Source: Omnitrophica WOR_2 bacterium RIFCSPHIGHO2_02_FULL_50_17 | Lineage (GTDB): Bacteria > Omnitrophota > Gorgyraeia > Zapsychrales > Zapsychraceae | Direction of reading: 5' to 3' | DNA: 64,000 bases | NCBI GenBank assembly: GCA_001805645.1 | Contig: MHGQ01000032.1 | Coordinates: 267-64,266, forward strand | Shown: one piece after another, positions 28,055 through 37,734 of the stretch | How positions within the stretch are numbered: the stretch's first letter is position 1 | Layout: the number at the start of each line of letters is the position of its first letter | The notes under the pieces: generated by a model | Told to the model about the DNA's origin: nothing | Databases searched by the model: none | Seen by the model: the letters and a program-made list of their open reading frames with translations, nothing else | Position numbers and translations under genes: made by a program

Positions 28055-29284
28055 CTATGGAGGAACCATCATCTTTTTCGCAACGATCACAATGCCTGAG
28101 GTGGTTAGGACAAACCGCTTCGCATCTAATTCCAAGTTATAGCCTATCTGGGCGCGGGGCGGGATTTTCACTTCTTTGTCAATAATCGCATTTTGTATCT
28201 TCGCCCCCGCGCCCACAATGACGCCCTCCATAATAATGGAATTCTTGACGCTGGCATTATCGCCTATTTGGACATCGGGAGACACGATAGACGTTTCCAC
28301 ATGACCTCCCGCGATAAGGCATCCGCCCGAGATCATCGAATCAACAATCGTTCCTGTCCCGGATTTTATACTCATCATATGGGTCGGCGGGTACTGCTCA
28401 TGGAACGTCCTGATGGGCCAGGAACGGTCATAGATATCAATCTTGCTGTCGGCCTTCAGCAAATCCATATTGGCCTGATAATAGGCATCGCGCGTCCCGA
28501 TATCCCGCCAGTACCGCGGGCACTTATGCTCGTCAACGAAATTGTACACATAAATCTTCTTGCCGTTGCGGAGCATCTGCGGGATCACGTTCTTCCCGAA
28601 GTCGTGCTCCGACGCACACCGGGCATCCGATTCCAGCTCGCTCTCGAGGACATCCCGCTCAAAAAGATAAATGCCCATCGAGGCGAAGATCTCATTGGAA
28701 TTGCCGGGGATCGTCTTGGGCTGCTGCGGTTTCTCCTGAAACCCGCGGATATGATTTTCCTCGTCAACCTCCACGACACCAAACTGCGCGGAATGCTCCT
28801 TCAAAACCGGGATACAGGCCACCGTCATATCGGCCTTTTTCTTCTTATGATATCTGATCATATCCTGATAATCCATTTTATAGATATGATCACCTGCCAG
28901 GATAAGGACGAGCTTCGGCTCGCAGTCATAAATGGCATAGAGATTCTGATAAATCGCATCTGCTGTTCCTTTATACCAATCGGCGCTGATACGCTGCTGG
29001 GCAGGAATAATATCAATAAATTCCCCCAGTTGGTTGGAGAGGACATTCCAGCCGGCCAGAAGGTGCTTCTGCAGAGAAAACGATTTATACTGAGTCAAGA
29101 CATAGATCCGGCGCAGGCCCGAATTGACGCAGTTGCTGAGCGTAAAATCGATAATGCGGTAGATCCCGCCGAAAGGCACGGCCGGTTTTGTCCGGTCCCT
29201 CGTAAGAGGATCAAGCCTCTCGCCTCTTCCGCCGGCTAAAATAAATGTTAAAATCTCGCGCGTTGTCAGTCCGTTTGTATCCAT
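28055..29284 (-). CDS. glgC: Glucose-1-phosphate adenylyltransferase
   Basis: ILAGGRGERLDPLTRDRTKPAVPFGGIYRIIDFTLSNCVNSG plus a left-handed beta-helix C-terminus. Start ATG at 29284 (MDTNGLTT) leaves a 41-nt gap after the upstream stop; the ORF-track start 29377 would overlap it. Confidence 0.9.
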   Translation of the reverse strand: MDTNGLTTREILTFILAGGRGERLDPLTRDRTKPAVPFGGIYRIIDFTLSNCVNSGLRRIYVLTQYKSFSLQKHLLAGWNVLSNQLGEFIDIIPAQQRISADWYKGTADAIYQNLYAIYDCEPKLVLILAGDHIYKMDYQDMIRYHKKKKADMTVACIPVLKEHSAQFGVVEVDEENHIRGFQEKPQQPKTIPGNSNEIFASMGIYLFERDVLESELESDARCASEHDFGKNVIPQMLRNGKKIYVYNFVDEHKCPRYWRDIGTRDAYYQANMDLLKADSKIDIYDRSWPIRTFHEQYPPTHMMSIKSGTGTIVDSMISGGCLIAGGHVETSIVSPDVQIGDNASVKNSIIMEGVIVGAGAKIQNAIIDKEVKIPPRAQIGYNLELDAKRFVLTTSGIVIVAKKMMVPP

Positions 29285-29324
29285 AGGGCTTGGCCTGTTT
29301 CGCTGTATTATATGTTCCCTTTTC

Positions 29325-31652
29325 TTATTTTTCAATAGGAGAGACGAATTGTCCAATTTCTTTTTTAACTTCTTCATCAGAAGAATCCAAGGCTAAGGAC
29401 TGCCTGAATTCCTCAGCAGCCTTCTGCGGATCTCCCATGGCCTTATACACAAACCCTAATTTCTTATGCGCGAGGGCCAGATCCCTATTCGTCTTTATGA
29501 CCAACCGACAAACCTCCTCTGCCTTTTCATAGCTGCCCTGCTCGTAAAGGATATCGCCGATGCCCAAAACGTCTTTCGTATCCTGCGGACTTAATTTATG
29601 GGCCTTCTTTAAAAATTCCATTGTCTTTTCGTATTGTTTATCTTTGGCATAAACTTTGGCCAAGAGGAAATACGCCTTCGGCTCATTCGGCCACATCTCG
29701 ATGATCCGCAGATACTGCTTGATGGCGCCTTCGTAGGCCCCCATATCGAAGTAACAAAGCGCCAAATTATGCCGCACCTTCTGATTGCGGGGTTCTCCGA
29801 TAGCCGCCACGCGGAAATGCTCAAAGGCCTTTTCGTACTCTTTGCGCTCCGTATAAATCTTGCCGATCAAATCATAGACATCCGTGTATCCGGGGGCGAT
29901 CTTAATGGCCTCCATGGCCTCGGCAAGGGCAGGCTCATGCAGTCCTAAAGCTTCAAGGGTGAAGGCGCGGTAATAGGGCTGATAAGGATTGACGGGACTG
30001 GATCCTATCTTCAGCAAGTCCAGCTTAAGCGGCTGCCACTTGCTTAAATCAATGGCCCAACGGTCAATCGGAATCTTATTCTGCGGCACATTACGCAAAA
30101 ACACCACCCCATCATGGTCGAAATACACCGGCTTCCAGTCTTTATGCGCATACAGATAATTTAAGATTCTTTCAGGGATATGCTGATTGACGGAATTGAG
30201 AAAGGCGCCTGTGATATTGTGCTTTTTTACCATCTGCTCGAATAGCTCGGTATCGCCCTGTTCCCATATCTTCTGATACTGTTCAAAGAATTTCCCTCCG
30301 TAGACCTCGGTCCGACCGTCGATAAAAACCCGTATAGAAGGAAAAGCGTGGCCCACAAGATAAGCCCCGGAATTAAAATCATTGAAAAAATTGCCTTGGA
30401 TATTGTTCTGGACAAGAAAATCGACGGCCTTAGAGGGATACCCCCTCTTGGAAATGCCGCCGAATTCGCTTTTACGCTCATATTTATCAAAATCATAGTA
30501 GCCGTTGGCGGCGATCCCCTCCCCCAGTTGGAAAATCCATATCACAAACAACAGCTTCACAACCGCCGAGGTTAAATATAAAAATTTCTTGCCTGTAAAT
30601 CGAAGAGGGACAATATCCTTGTAGGAAACGTTAACGATGTTCGTAATGATAACCAGATACGCGGCAAAGGCAAAAAAGACGGCATTGCGCACGGCCTGCA
30701 GGGAAAAAATAAGAAAGACCAGCCAAAAAAATAAAGCGCTGATATCAATGCGCCGGCGGTTAAAGATAAAAGACACCACGGACAATATAATAAGCAGTTT
30801 ATAGGTGGCGAACTGTGCCGTATCCCACAGCGTTTGCAGGGTGATAGGCTTTTGTAATTCCTGAATATATTTGAAAAATATCTTATTCTCGCCCGAAAGC
30901 GAGAAAAAAACACTGATGGGATACCACGCCCCTTTTAATGTATACGGGTTTATGAGGCACGCCAAAACCACCAAAAGAAAAATAAACTTAAGCCGGCGAA
31001 ACTCCTCATTCGTCAAGCGCCCTGATGTGTTCCACTCATAAGGAAGCTTGACATACCGCTTAATCCATTCCGACAAAAGACCAATCAGGACAAATAAAGG
31101 ACCAAAAAAGAAAAATCCGTGGATATTCGTCCACAACACCTGAATGATCACAAGGGCCGGGGTAGCCCATTTTTTATCAATATGCAAGGCAAGAACAAAG
31201 ATATAAAAGACAAAGAAAAACAGGCTGTAAATATCCGGACGGATGGTAAAACGCTGAGCGTAAACCATCCCCACCAGATACAACACATAGGCAAGGATCA
31301 GCTGTTTGTCCTTGTTATAGCCTAAAAATAAAAGCAGCAGCATTGTCAGCATGACAACGGCCACCTGCATCTGGATAAGGCCGTCCGGCCCCCAGATATT
31401 GTAAATATTGTAAACGATGACCTGAAACAGCCACTCATGATTAATCCACGGTGTGCCCGCAATCGTGAAGGAAAGGATGTCGTAGGGAGGCACATATCGA
31501 TGGAGCATGATAAATTTTCCAACGCCAATATGCAGCCACAAATCCAGGTCCTTGATTTCAACCTGGGCCATACAAAAGACAAGCCCGAATATAGCCCCCA
31601 GAGGCAATAAACCCGTCCCATAACTCACCTTTCTCCAAAAATTATCACTCAC
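29325..31652 (-). CDS. Polytopic membrane protein (~470-aa multi-TM N-terminal region, GT-C-like architecture) with ~110-aa periplasmic module and C-terminal TPR repeats; paralog 1
   Basis: N-terminal loop EIKDLDLWLHIGVG...PWINHEWLFQ, ~12 predicted TM helices, FNDFNSGAYLVGHAFPSIRVFIDGRTEVYG module, then 5-6 TPR units (AYFLLAKVYAKDKQYEKTMEFLKKA...). Confidence 0.75.
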   Translation of the reverse strand: MSDNFWRKVSYGTGLLPLGAIFGLVFCMAQVEIKDLDLWLHIGVGKFIMLHRYVPPYDILSFTIAGTPWINHEWLFQVIVYNIYNIWGPDGLIQMQVAVVMLTMLLLLFLGYNKDKQLILAYVLYLVGMVYAQRFTIRPDIYSLFFFVFYIFVLALHIDKKWATPALVIIQVLWTNIHGFFFFGPLFVLIGLLSEWIKRYVKLPYEWNTSGRLTNEEFRRLKFIFLLVVLACLINPYTLKGAWYPISVFFSLSGENKIFFKYIQELQKPITLQTLWDTAQFATYKLLIILSVVSFIFNRRRIDISALFFWLVFLIFSLQAVRNAVFFAFAAYLVIITNIVNVSYKDIVPLRFTGKKFLYLTSAVVKLLFVIWIFQLGEGIAANGYYDFDKYERKSEFGGISKRGYPSKAVDFLVQNNIQGNFFNDFNSGAYLVGHAFPSIRVFIDGRTEVYGGKFFEQYQKIWEQGDTELFEQMVKKHNITGAFLNSVNQHIPERILNYLYAHKDWKPVYFDHDGVVFLRNVPQNKIPIDRWAIDLSKWQPLKLDLLKIGSSPVNPYQPYYRAFTLEALGLHEPALAEAMEAIKIAPGYTDVYDLIGKIYTERKEYEKAFEHFRVAAIGEPRNQKVRHNLALCYFDMGAYEGAIKQYLRIIEMWPNEPKAYFLLAKVYAKDKQYEKTMEFLKKAHKLSPQDTKDVLGIGDILYEQGSYEKAEEVCRLVIKTNRDLALAHKKLGFVYKAMGDPQKAAEEFRQSLALDSSDEEVKKEIGQFVSPIEK

Positions 31653-33880
31653 GGGATTGCCCTCCTCATCTTTAGTCCGATATCTTCCAACGCCTTTTTT
31701 ATCTTCGTATCGTCCGGATCCGCCTCAATGGCCATTGCATAAACCGCTTGGGCGCGTCCATATTCTCTCTGCAGCGACAGAAGATCGCCCATCCTGAGAA
31801 GCTCCTCCACGGATTGAGGGGCAAGACGATGCGCCTTTTCCAAAGTCTGCTGATATAAATCATAATCCTGTTCCCGCGCGGCAATAAGAGCAGAAAGAAA
31901 CAATGCCTTGGCATGTTCCGGCCTTTTCTTCAAGACAAAACGACACTGTTCTTTAGCGCCCCTCATCTCATCCAGATGATAAAGAGAGAATGCCAGATAA
32001 TAACGTATCCATATATCCTCGGCGTCAAGGAGCTTGGCTTTCCTTAAGTTTTCAAACGCCTTGGCGTAATCCTTATTTTCGATATTGAGCTTCCCCAGAA
32101 GCATATAAAGCCTCGCGTTGTAAGGCTCAATTCTCATGCCTTCCTCAGTCTCCTGAATGGCCTTATCATAAAGCTTCATGTTGAACAAGGCATAAGCCCT
32201 GTTGACATAACGAGAAGGGGTTATCTTATTGAGACCTAATCCCAATAATTCCGTTTTCTTAGTCTGCCATTGGGATAAATCCACTCTATGAGACTCAATC
32301 CATTTCTTGTTTTCCGGAATATCCCGCAGAAAAATCGCCGCATCATAATCAAAATAAACTAAGACCCAGTCCTTATCCGCGTAAAGATAAGAAATCAATT
32401 CCCCCGGCGCCGGCGCCTGCACGGAATTTAAAAATGCCCCCGTCAGATGATAATCCCGCACCGCCTCCTCAAAAAGCCTCTTGTCCCCATTCCAAATTTT
32501 GTCATATCGCTTGAAAAATACCGCCCCATAGACCTCGGTGCGGCCGTCTATGAAGACCTTGATACGGGGAAATGTCCGGCCAATCAGGTAGGCGCCGGAG
32601 TTGAAGTCATTGAAAAAATGGCCTCTGATATTGTTCTTAATCAAAAAATCAACAGCCCTGTGAGGATAATTCTGCAGGGAAACTCCGCCGAATTCGCTCT
32701 TCCAGCTCTCTTTATCGAAATCATAATATGCCCTTAAAGAATTCTGATGAATAAACTGAACCATCCAAATGATCAGCAGGGCCTTCAGCGCCGCGGCCCC
32801 TCCATGTTTATAATTCCTGTGCGCAAATCTTAAACGTAAAACCCTGGCCATCGGCACGTGCTGCGAATTGACACAAAAAACAAAATACGCCGCAAAGGCA
32901 AAGAACGTAATATTCCTGACGGCATGAAGAGCCGAGAAAAGAAAAACAATCCAAAACATCAACGCACCGATATCCATTCTGCGCCAGTTCCATAAAAAGC
33001 TAAGAAAGGAAAGCAGGATGAGCCATTTCAGATCGGGGTAATACCTCCACGAAAAAAGCGTCTCCCATGTGATCGGACTTTGCAGTTCCTGGATATGCTC
33101 AAAAAATATCCTGTTTTCCCCCCCCATGGAGAAGAAAACGCCCAAAGGATACCATGCCCCTTTAATAAAATAAGGGTTAAACAAACACGCCAATAGGACA
33201 ACGAAAAAAACCTCCCTTAACCAAGCGTATTCCTTAAGGCTCAGACGGCCGGCCTGATTCCACTGGGATGGAAGAGAAACGTGCCGCTTCATCCACTCCC
33301 CGCACACCTTAACCGCAATGATAAAGGGCCCCAGGATGAAAAATCCGTGGATATTGCTCCACAACACCTGAACCAGAAACAGAATCCACACCCCCCACCT
33401 GCTTGTAAGATGAACGGCCAGGATATAGAGATACAAAGCAAAGAAGAGCAAACTAAATATCTCAGGCCGAAGCGTAAATCGGAATTGGCAAATAAGAAGA
33501 ACGAGGAACAGCATCAGGAGGGGGGCAAACTGCCTCTTGCGGCTGTAACCCAACATCAAAAGGAAGGCAAACGTGACGGCCACAACCACGGCCTGCAAGC
33601 CAATCAGACCGTCAAAACCCGCCAGGCGGTAGAAAAAATAGACAATAACCTGAAAAAGCCACTCGTGGTTACTCCAGGGCTTGTGGGCAAGGGCGCAGGA
33701 AAAAACGTCTTCAAGGGGGATGTGATGATGCTCAACGATATATCTGCCGGCTGCCAGATGCAGCCATAGATCTAAGTCCTTGATTTCAACATTGGCGGCC
33801 AGAAGGATTGACCAGAACAAAGAAAAGACGGCCGCCCCCCCAACAAAAAAACTCAGCCTTTTCCAAAACCATTCGCTCAT
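31649..33880 (-). CDS. Paralog 2 of the polytopic-membrane/TPR protein (tandem duplicate of 29325-31652)
   Basis: Same architecture and shared motifs (EIKDLDLWLHL, PWSNHEWLFQVIVY, FNDFNSGAYLIGRTFPRIKVFIDGRTEVYG). DNA similarity is visible across the periplasmic module. 4-bp overlap with paralog 1. Confidence 0.75.
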   Translation of the reverse strand: MSEWFWKRLSFFVGGAAVFSLFWSILLAANVEIKDLDLWLHLAAGRYIVEHHHIPLEDVFSCALAHKPWSNHEWLFQVIVYFFYRLAGFDGLIGLQAVVVAVTFAFLLMLGYSRKRQFAPLLMLFLVLLICQFRFTLRPEIFSLLFFALYLYILAVHLTSRWGVWILFLVQVLWSNIHGFFILGPFIIAVKVCGEWMKRHVSLPSQWNQAGRLSLKEYAWLREVFFVVLLACLFNPYFIKGAWYPLGVFFSMGGENRIFFEHIQELQSPITWETLFSWRYYPDLKWLILLSFLSFLWNWRRMDIGALMFWIVFLFSALHAVRNITFFAFAAYFVFCVNSQHVPMARVLRLRFAHRNYKHGGAAALKALLIIWMVQFIHQNSLRAYYDFDKESWKSEFGGVSLQNYPHRAVDFLIKNNIRGHFFNDFNSGAYLIGRTFPRIKVFIDGRTEVYGAVFFKRYDKIWNGDKRLFEEAVRDYHLTGAFLNSVQAPAPGELISYLYADKDWVLVYFDYDAAIFLRDIPENKKWIESHRVDLSQWQTKKTELLGLGLNKITPSRYVNRAYALFNMKLYDKAIQETEEGMRIEPYNARLYMLLGKLNIENKDYAKAFENLRKAKLLDAEDIWIRYYLAFSLYHLDEMRGAKEQCRFVLKKRPEHAKALFLSALIAAREQDYDLYQQTLEKAHRLAPQSVEELLRMGDLLSLQREYGRAQAVYAMAIEADPDDTKIKKALEDIGLKMRRAIP

Positions 33881-33898
33881 AAGCCGATACTCTAAAGG

Positions 33899-34807
33899 TT
33901 ATCCTTCCAAAACAAAATGCCCCTGGCCTTGGTCAACGAGGCGCGCCTTGGGCGCCATCTGAATTCCCCTCCCGTGTGGAATGGCTTTATAATCTATCGC
34001 CGCGGCCAGAAGCTCTTTCGTATAAGGATGCAGGGGATTCCGGAAAATTTCTTCCGCGGGAGCCGCTTCCACAATCTTGCCCTGATACATCACGGCGATC
34101 TTCCGGCTGATCTTCTTGACCACCCTCAAATTATGGGAAATAAAAAAGTACGTCAAATGATATCTTTGCTGCAAATCCGCGAGAAGATTAATCAACTGCT
34201 GTTGTATTATAACATCCAAAGAGGAAACCGCTTCGTCCAGAATCAATAATCTAGGGTTGAGCACCAGGGCCCTGGCGATGGCGATGCGCTGGCGCTCCCC
34301 GCCGCTGAATTCATGCGGATAACGGCTCAGAATATCGGGCTGGCGAAGTCCCACAGCCTCAAGAAGCTCCGCCATCCGATCCCTCTGGGCATCCTCTGTC
34401 GGATAGGCGTTCATGGTGAGCGTCATAGCCTCTCTTAAGATATGACGCACGGTAAACCGAGGATCCAGACTGCTGTAAGGGTCCTGAAAAACCATTTGCA
34501 TGTTCTTTCGGTACTCCTTCAGATAGCGGTTGGGGATACGGGAGATGTCTTCGCCGTTAAAGACAATCGAACCGCCATCCGCCGGAATCAATCGAAGCGC
34601 AATCCTCCCCAGCGTGGTCTTGCCGCAGCCGGATTCCCCCACCAGGCTCAAATTCTCGCCGGAGGCGATATCCAGGCTCACATCGTCAACAGCCCGCACA
34701 AAGCGCTGTCTCTTGTCCGTCCCACCGTGTTTAATGGGAAAAAATTTTTTTATATTTTTCAATTCCAGAAGCACGTCTACCCCTCCATCGCCTCCCTCAA
34801 CTGGCAT
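33899..34807 (-). CDS. oppF: Oligopeptide/dipeptide ABC transporter ATP-binding protein (OppF/DppF-type)
   Basis: Walker A GESGCGKTT, signature LSGGERQRIAIARAL, Walker B LLILDEAVSSLD, and the C-terminal oligopeptide-ABC extension. Confidence 0.88.
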   Translation of the reverse strand: MPVEGGDGGVDVLLELKNIKKFFPIKHGGTDKRQRFVRAVDDVSLDIASGENLSLVGESGCGKTTLGRIALRLIPADGGSIVFNGEDISRIPNRYLKEYRKNMQMVFQDPYSSLDPRFTVRHILREAMTLTMNAYPTEDAQRDRMAELLEAVGLRQPDILSRYPHEFSGGERQRIAIARALVLNPRLLILDEAVSSLDVIIQQQLINLLADLQQRYHLTYFFISHNLRVVKKISRKIAVMYQGKIVEAAPAEEIFRNPLHPYTKELLAAAIDYKAIPHGRGIQMAPKARLVDQGQGHFVLEG

Positions 34808-35562
34808 GTATAAGGGTGCTGAGGCCCCTCCAGCACATCCTTTGTCTTGCCTGCCTCGACAATCTTCCCCTCTCTCATAACAGCAACAGAATCAGCCATG
34901 CGGGCCACCATCCCCAGATCATGCGTGATGAGGAGAATCGACAGCCGCAATTCTTCTTTTAATTTCAGGAAGAGCTCCATGATTCTCGCCTGCAAGGTCA
35001 CATCCAGGCTGCTCGTAGGCTCATCGGCGATGATAAGCCTGGGGCCCCCGGCAATGGCCTGGGCAATCATCACCCGCTGGCGCATCCCCCCGCTTAACTG
35101 ATGGGGATAACTGCGGGAAATGCGGGAAGGATCCGGCAGTCCCACCTGATCCATAAGCTCCAAAATTCTCTGCTGCCGTTGCCGCCGATTCAGGCTTGTG
35201 TGACAGCGCAGGACCTCTTCTATCTGGTAGCCGACGCAGAAAACAGGGTTCAGGGCCTGCAGCGGCTCCTGAAAGACCATACTGATTTCTTTCCCGCGCA
35301 GTTGACGCATCCGCTCCGGCGGGACATGGAACAACTGTTCCTGGTTAAAGACAATCTCTCCCTCCTTGACCCTCAGACCCAGCGGCAAAAGTCTCAAAAT
35401 AGAAAGCCCAACGGTTGTCTTGCCGCTTCCAGAACCGCCGACCAAGGCCGTAATGCTGAACGCCGGCACGTCCAGGGCGATGCGGTCCACCAGGACTTTC
35501 TCCCGGCCAGTGCCACTAACTGTAACGGTTAGATTCTTTAAACTTAAAAGCGGAGGATTCAT
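34777..35562 (-). CDS. oppD: Oligopeptide/dipeptide ABC transporter ATP-binding protein (OppD/DppD-type)
   Basis: GGSGSGKTT, LSGGMRQRVMIAQAIA, LIIADEPTSSLD. The start ATG at 35562 makes an ATGA overlap with the oppC stop. Confidence 0.88.
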   Translation of the reverse strand: MNPPLLSLKNLTVTVSGTGREKVLVDRIALDVPAFSITALVGGSGSGKTTVGLSILRLLPLGLRVKEGEIVFNQEQLFHVPPERMRQLRGKEISMVFQEPLQALNPVFCVGYQIEEVLRCHTSLNRRQRQQRILELMDQVGLPDPSRISRSYPHQLSGGMRQRVMIAQAIAGGPRLIIADEPTSSLDVTLQARIMELFLKLKEELRLSILLITHDLGMVARMADSVAVMREGKIVEAGKTKDVLEGPQHPYTCQLREAMEG

Positions 35563-36662
35563 CCGTCCCTGTGTCCTTCTGCCTTCAACATCGGATCCAA
35601 ACAATCCCTCAAGGCATCACCGATAACGTTAAAGCAGACAACCGTCAGAAAAATCAAGAATGCCGGCGACAAAATCCACGGCGCAAACTTAATCCGGACA
35701 ATGCTCATGGCATCACTCAGCATATTGCCCCAGCTGGCGTAAGGGTCCTGAATGCCTAGGCCAATGAGGCTCAAGGCTGATTCCCCTAAGATGTATCCGG
35801 GGATGGAGAGCATCACGGCAAAGATAGAATAAGACAACGTATGCGGCAGGATATGGCGCAGGATGATCCGGATATCCGAAAGGCCCAGACTTTTGGCCGC
35901 CAGGACATATTCCCTTTCGCGCAGCGAAAGACACATGCCGCGGACGATGCGCGCCAACCCGGCCCATCCGATAAAGGAGAGAATAATCACGATAGAGAAA
36001 TAAACCTGCACGGAATTGAAATTATCCGGCACGGCCGCCCGGAGGGCCAACAGTAAATAAAAACCGGGCACCATCATAAACATCTCGCATAGGCGCATCA
36101 GAAAGTTATCCAGCCTCCCGCCGTAATACCCGGAGATGCCGCCTATGATAAGCCCCAGGGAAAACGCAATCACCGCCCCCATCAACCCTATGGTCAAAGA
36201 GACCCTGCCTCCATACAAAAGCCGCGAAAACATGTCCCGTCCGCGTGCATCCGCGCCCAGGAGATACCATCGCCCCGGCGCCTCAACCCCGAAGAAATGA
36301 CGGCGGCAGGGGAATAGGCCGAGGAAACGGTATTCCTCTCCCTTGACCAAGAATTGAAGAGGATAGTGTTTCGCGGGATCGCGTTGATACACCCTTTTAT
36401 TATATTCATCAAAGCTGAGTTTCATGCCGTTCACATAAGGCCAGGCAAGCCTGCCGTTATCGAAAAAATGAATCGATGTCGGCGGGGCGTAGGAATAGTT
36501 TCTATTCTCATCTTTGAAAGAGTAGGGGGAAAGAAAATCGGCGAGGACAGCCCCCCCATAAAGCAGAGACAAAATCATCACACCCGTCCACGCCAGCCGG
36601 TTTCTCCTGAAATGGCGAAAGGCGATTTGAAACTCGCTCAAATGTCCAGATTGTTTATTCAT
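35559..36662 (-). CDS. oppC: Oligopeptide ABC transporter permease (OppC/DppC-type)
   Basis: BPD-transporter inner-membrane component with EAA-like loop region; start taken at the internal ATG MNKQSG. Confidence 0.88.
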   Translation of the reverse strand: MNKQSGHLSEFQIAFRHFRRNRLAWTGVMILSLLYGGAVLADFLSPYSFKDENRNYSYAPPTSIHFFDNGRLAWPYVNGMKLSFDEYNKRVYQRDPAKHYPLQFLVKGEEYRFLGLFPCRRHFFGVEAPGRWYLLGADARGRDMFSRLLYGGRVSLTIGLMGAVIAFSLGLIIGGISGYYGGRLDNFLMRLCEMFMMVPGFYLLLALRAAVPDNFNSVQVYFSIVIILSFIGWAGLARIVRGMCLSLREREYVLAAKSLGLSDIRIILRHILPHTLSYSIFAVMLSIPGYILGESALSLIGLGIQDPYASWGNMLSDAMSIVRIKFAPWILSPAFLIFLTVVCFNVIGDALRDCLDPMLKAEGHRDG

Positions 36663-37620
36663 ATCGTATCCGGGGGTCCGCCTTGGCCAGTCCGATATCG
36701 GCCAGCAGGTTTCCGACAATAAACATCACCCCCCCCATCAGCATACTCGCCATGACAAGGTAAATATCCTTGGAGCGCACCGCGGTCAGCATCAAAGACC
36801 CCAGTCCCGGCCAGCTGCAGATAATCTCAATGAGCGCCGCCCCGCTTAAGAGGCTGGAAAACTCATAGCCCAGCAGGGTAATAAGGGGATTGATCGCGTT
36901 ACGAAGCGCGTGAAGATAAATCACCCTGTTCTCCGGCAATCCCTTGGCCCTGGCCGTTAAAATATACTGCTGCCCCAAGACCTCAAGCATATTCCCCCGC
37001 ATAATCCTCTGCAGCCATGCGATAGAACCTATGGACAGCGCCATGGCCGGAATAACCAGATGTCTTAAAATATCCGTCAACTGCCCCCAAGGCTTAAGAC
37101 TCTCAAAGCCGGGGCTGTACATACCGCCCAACGGTAGAGCGCCGCTCTGGCTTGCCCAAAACAAAAAAAGCATGGCGAGAAAGAAACTCGGCAGGGAGAA
37201 ACAGACATAAGAAAAAAATTGAATGCACCTGTCAATAAACTGGTTTCTGTGCAGGGCGGCCCAAATCCCGAGGGGAATCGCGACCACCCATGTCAGGAGA
37301 AACCCTGCCAACGAAAGGAGAAAAGTATTCCACAAACGGCTTCCTATAATCCGATACACCGGCACGTTGTAATGAAAAGAATACCCCAGCTCAAGTCTTA
37401 ATAAATTTTTGATCCACTGGATATACTGCACCAGAAGGGGCTTATCAAACTGGTACAATTTCTCATAGTAGGCAATGGTTTCCTGCGAGAATTGCGGATC
37501 CAGACGGACGGTATCGAGATAATTGCCCGGGGTCATCCGTATGAGCACAAAGGTCAATAAGGCGATCCCCAAAAGCATCGGGACAGCGACCAGAAATCTT
37601 TTAAGGATGTATTTAAGCAT
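36655..37620 (-). CDS. oppB: Oligopeptide ABC transporter permease (OppB/DppB-type)
   Basis: MLKYILKRFLVAVPMLLGIALLTFVLIRMTPGNY is the canonical OppB N-terminus. Confidence 0.88.
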   Translation of the reverse strand: MLKYILKRFLVAVPMLLGIALLTFVLIRMTPGNYLDTVRLDPQFSQETIAYYEKLYQFDKPLLVQYIQWIKNLLRLELGYSFHYNVPVYRIIGSRLWNTFLLSLAGFLLTWVVAIPLGIWAALHRNQFIDRCIQFFSYVCFSLPSFFLAMLFLFWASQSGALPLGGMYSPGFESLKPWGQLTDILRHLVIPAMALSIGSIAWLQRIMRGNMLEVLGQQYILTARAKGLPENRVIYLHALRNAINPLITLLGYEFSSLLSGAALIEIICSWPGLGSLMLTAVRSKDIYLVMASMLMGGVMFIVGNLLADIGLAKADPRIRYE

Positions 37621-37660
37621 ACGCTTAACTTGAGTCTGGCAAATTCTCCGATATTTATCT

Positions 37661-37711
37661 CCTCCCCCTCGATGGGGGAGGTCCCCTATCCCCTCCCATC
37701 GAGAGAGGGGA
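37661..37711 (-). promoter_or_regulatory. Two adjacent GC-rich intercistronic hairpins between oppA and oppB (REP-like / mRNA-stabiliser candidates)
   Basis: cctcccc ctcgatg ggggagg (37661-37681) and tcccctc ccatcgaga gagggga (37689-37711). Both loops contain TCGA(G/T). Confidence 0.5.
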
Positions 37712-37734
37712 ATCCTACAGGAACTTTCCCTTTA

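Noticed and set aside
28193-29239. 348-aa plus-strand ORF opposite glgC
   Set aside because: Antisense shadow of glgC with an Arg/Leu/His-rich composition.
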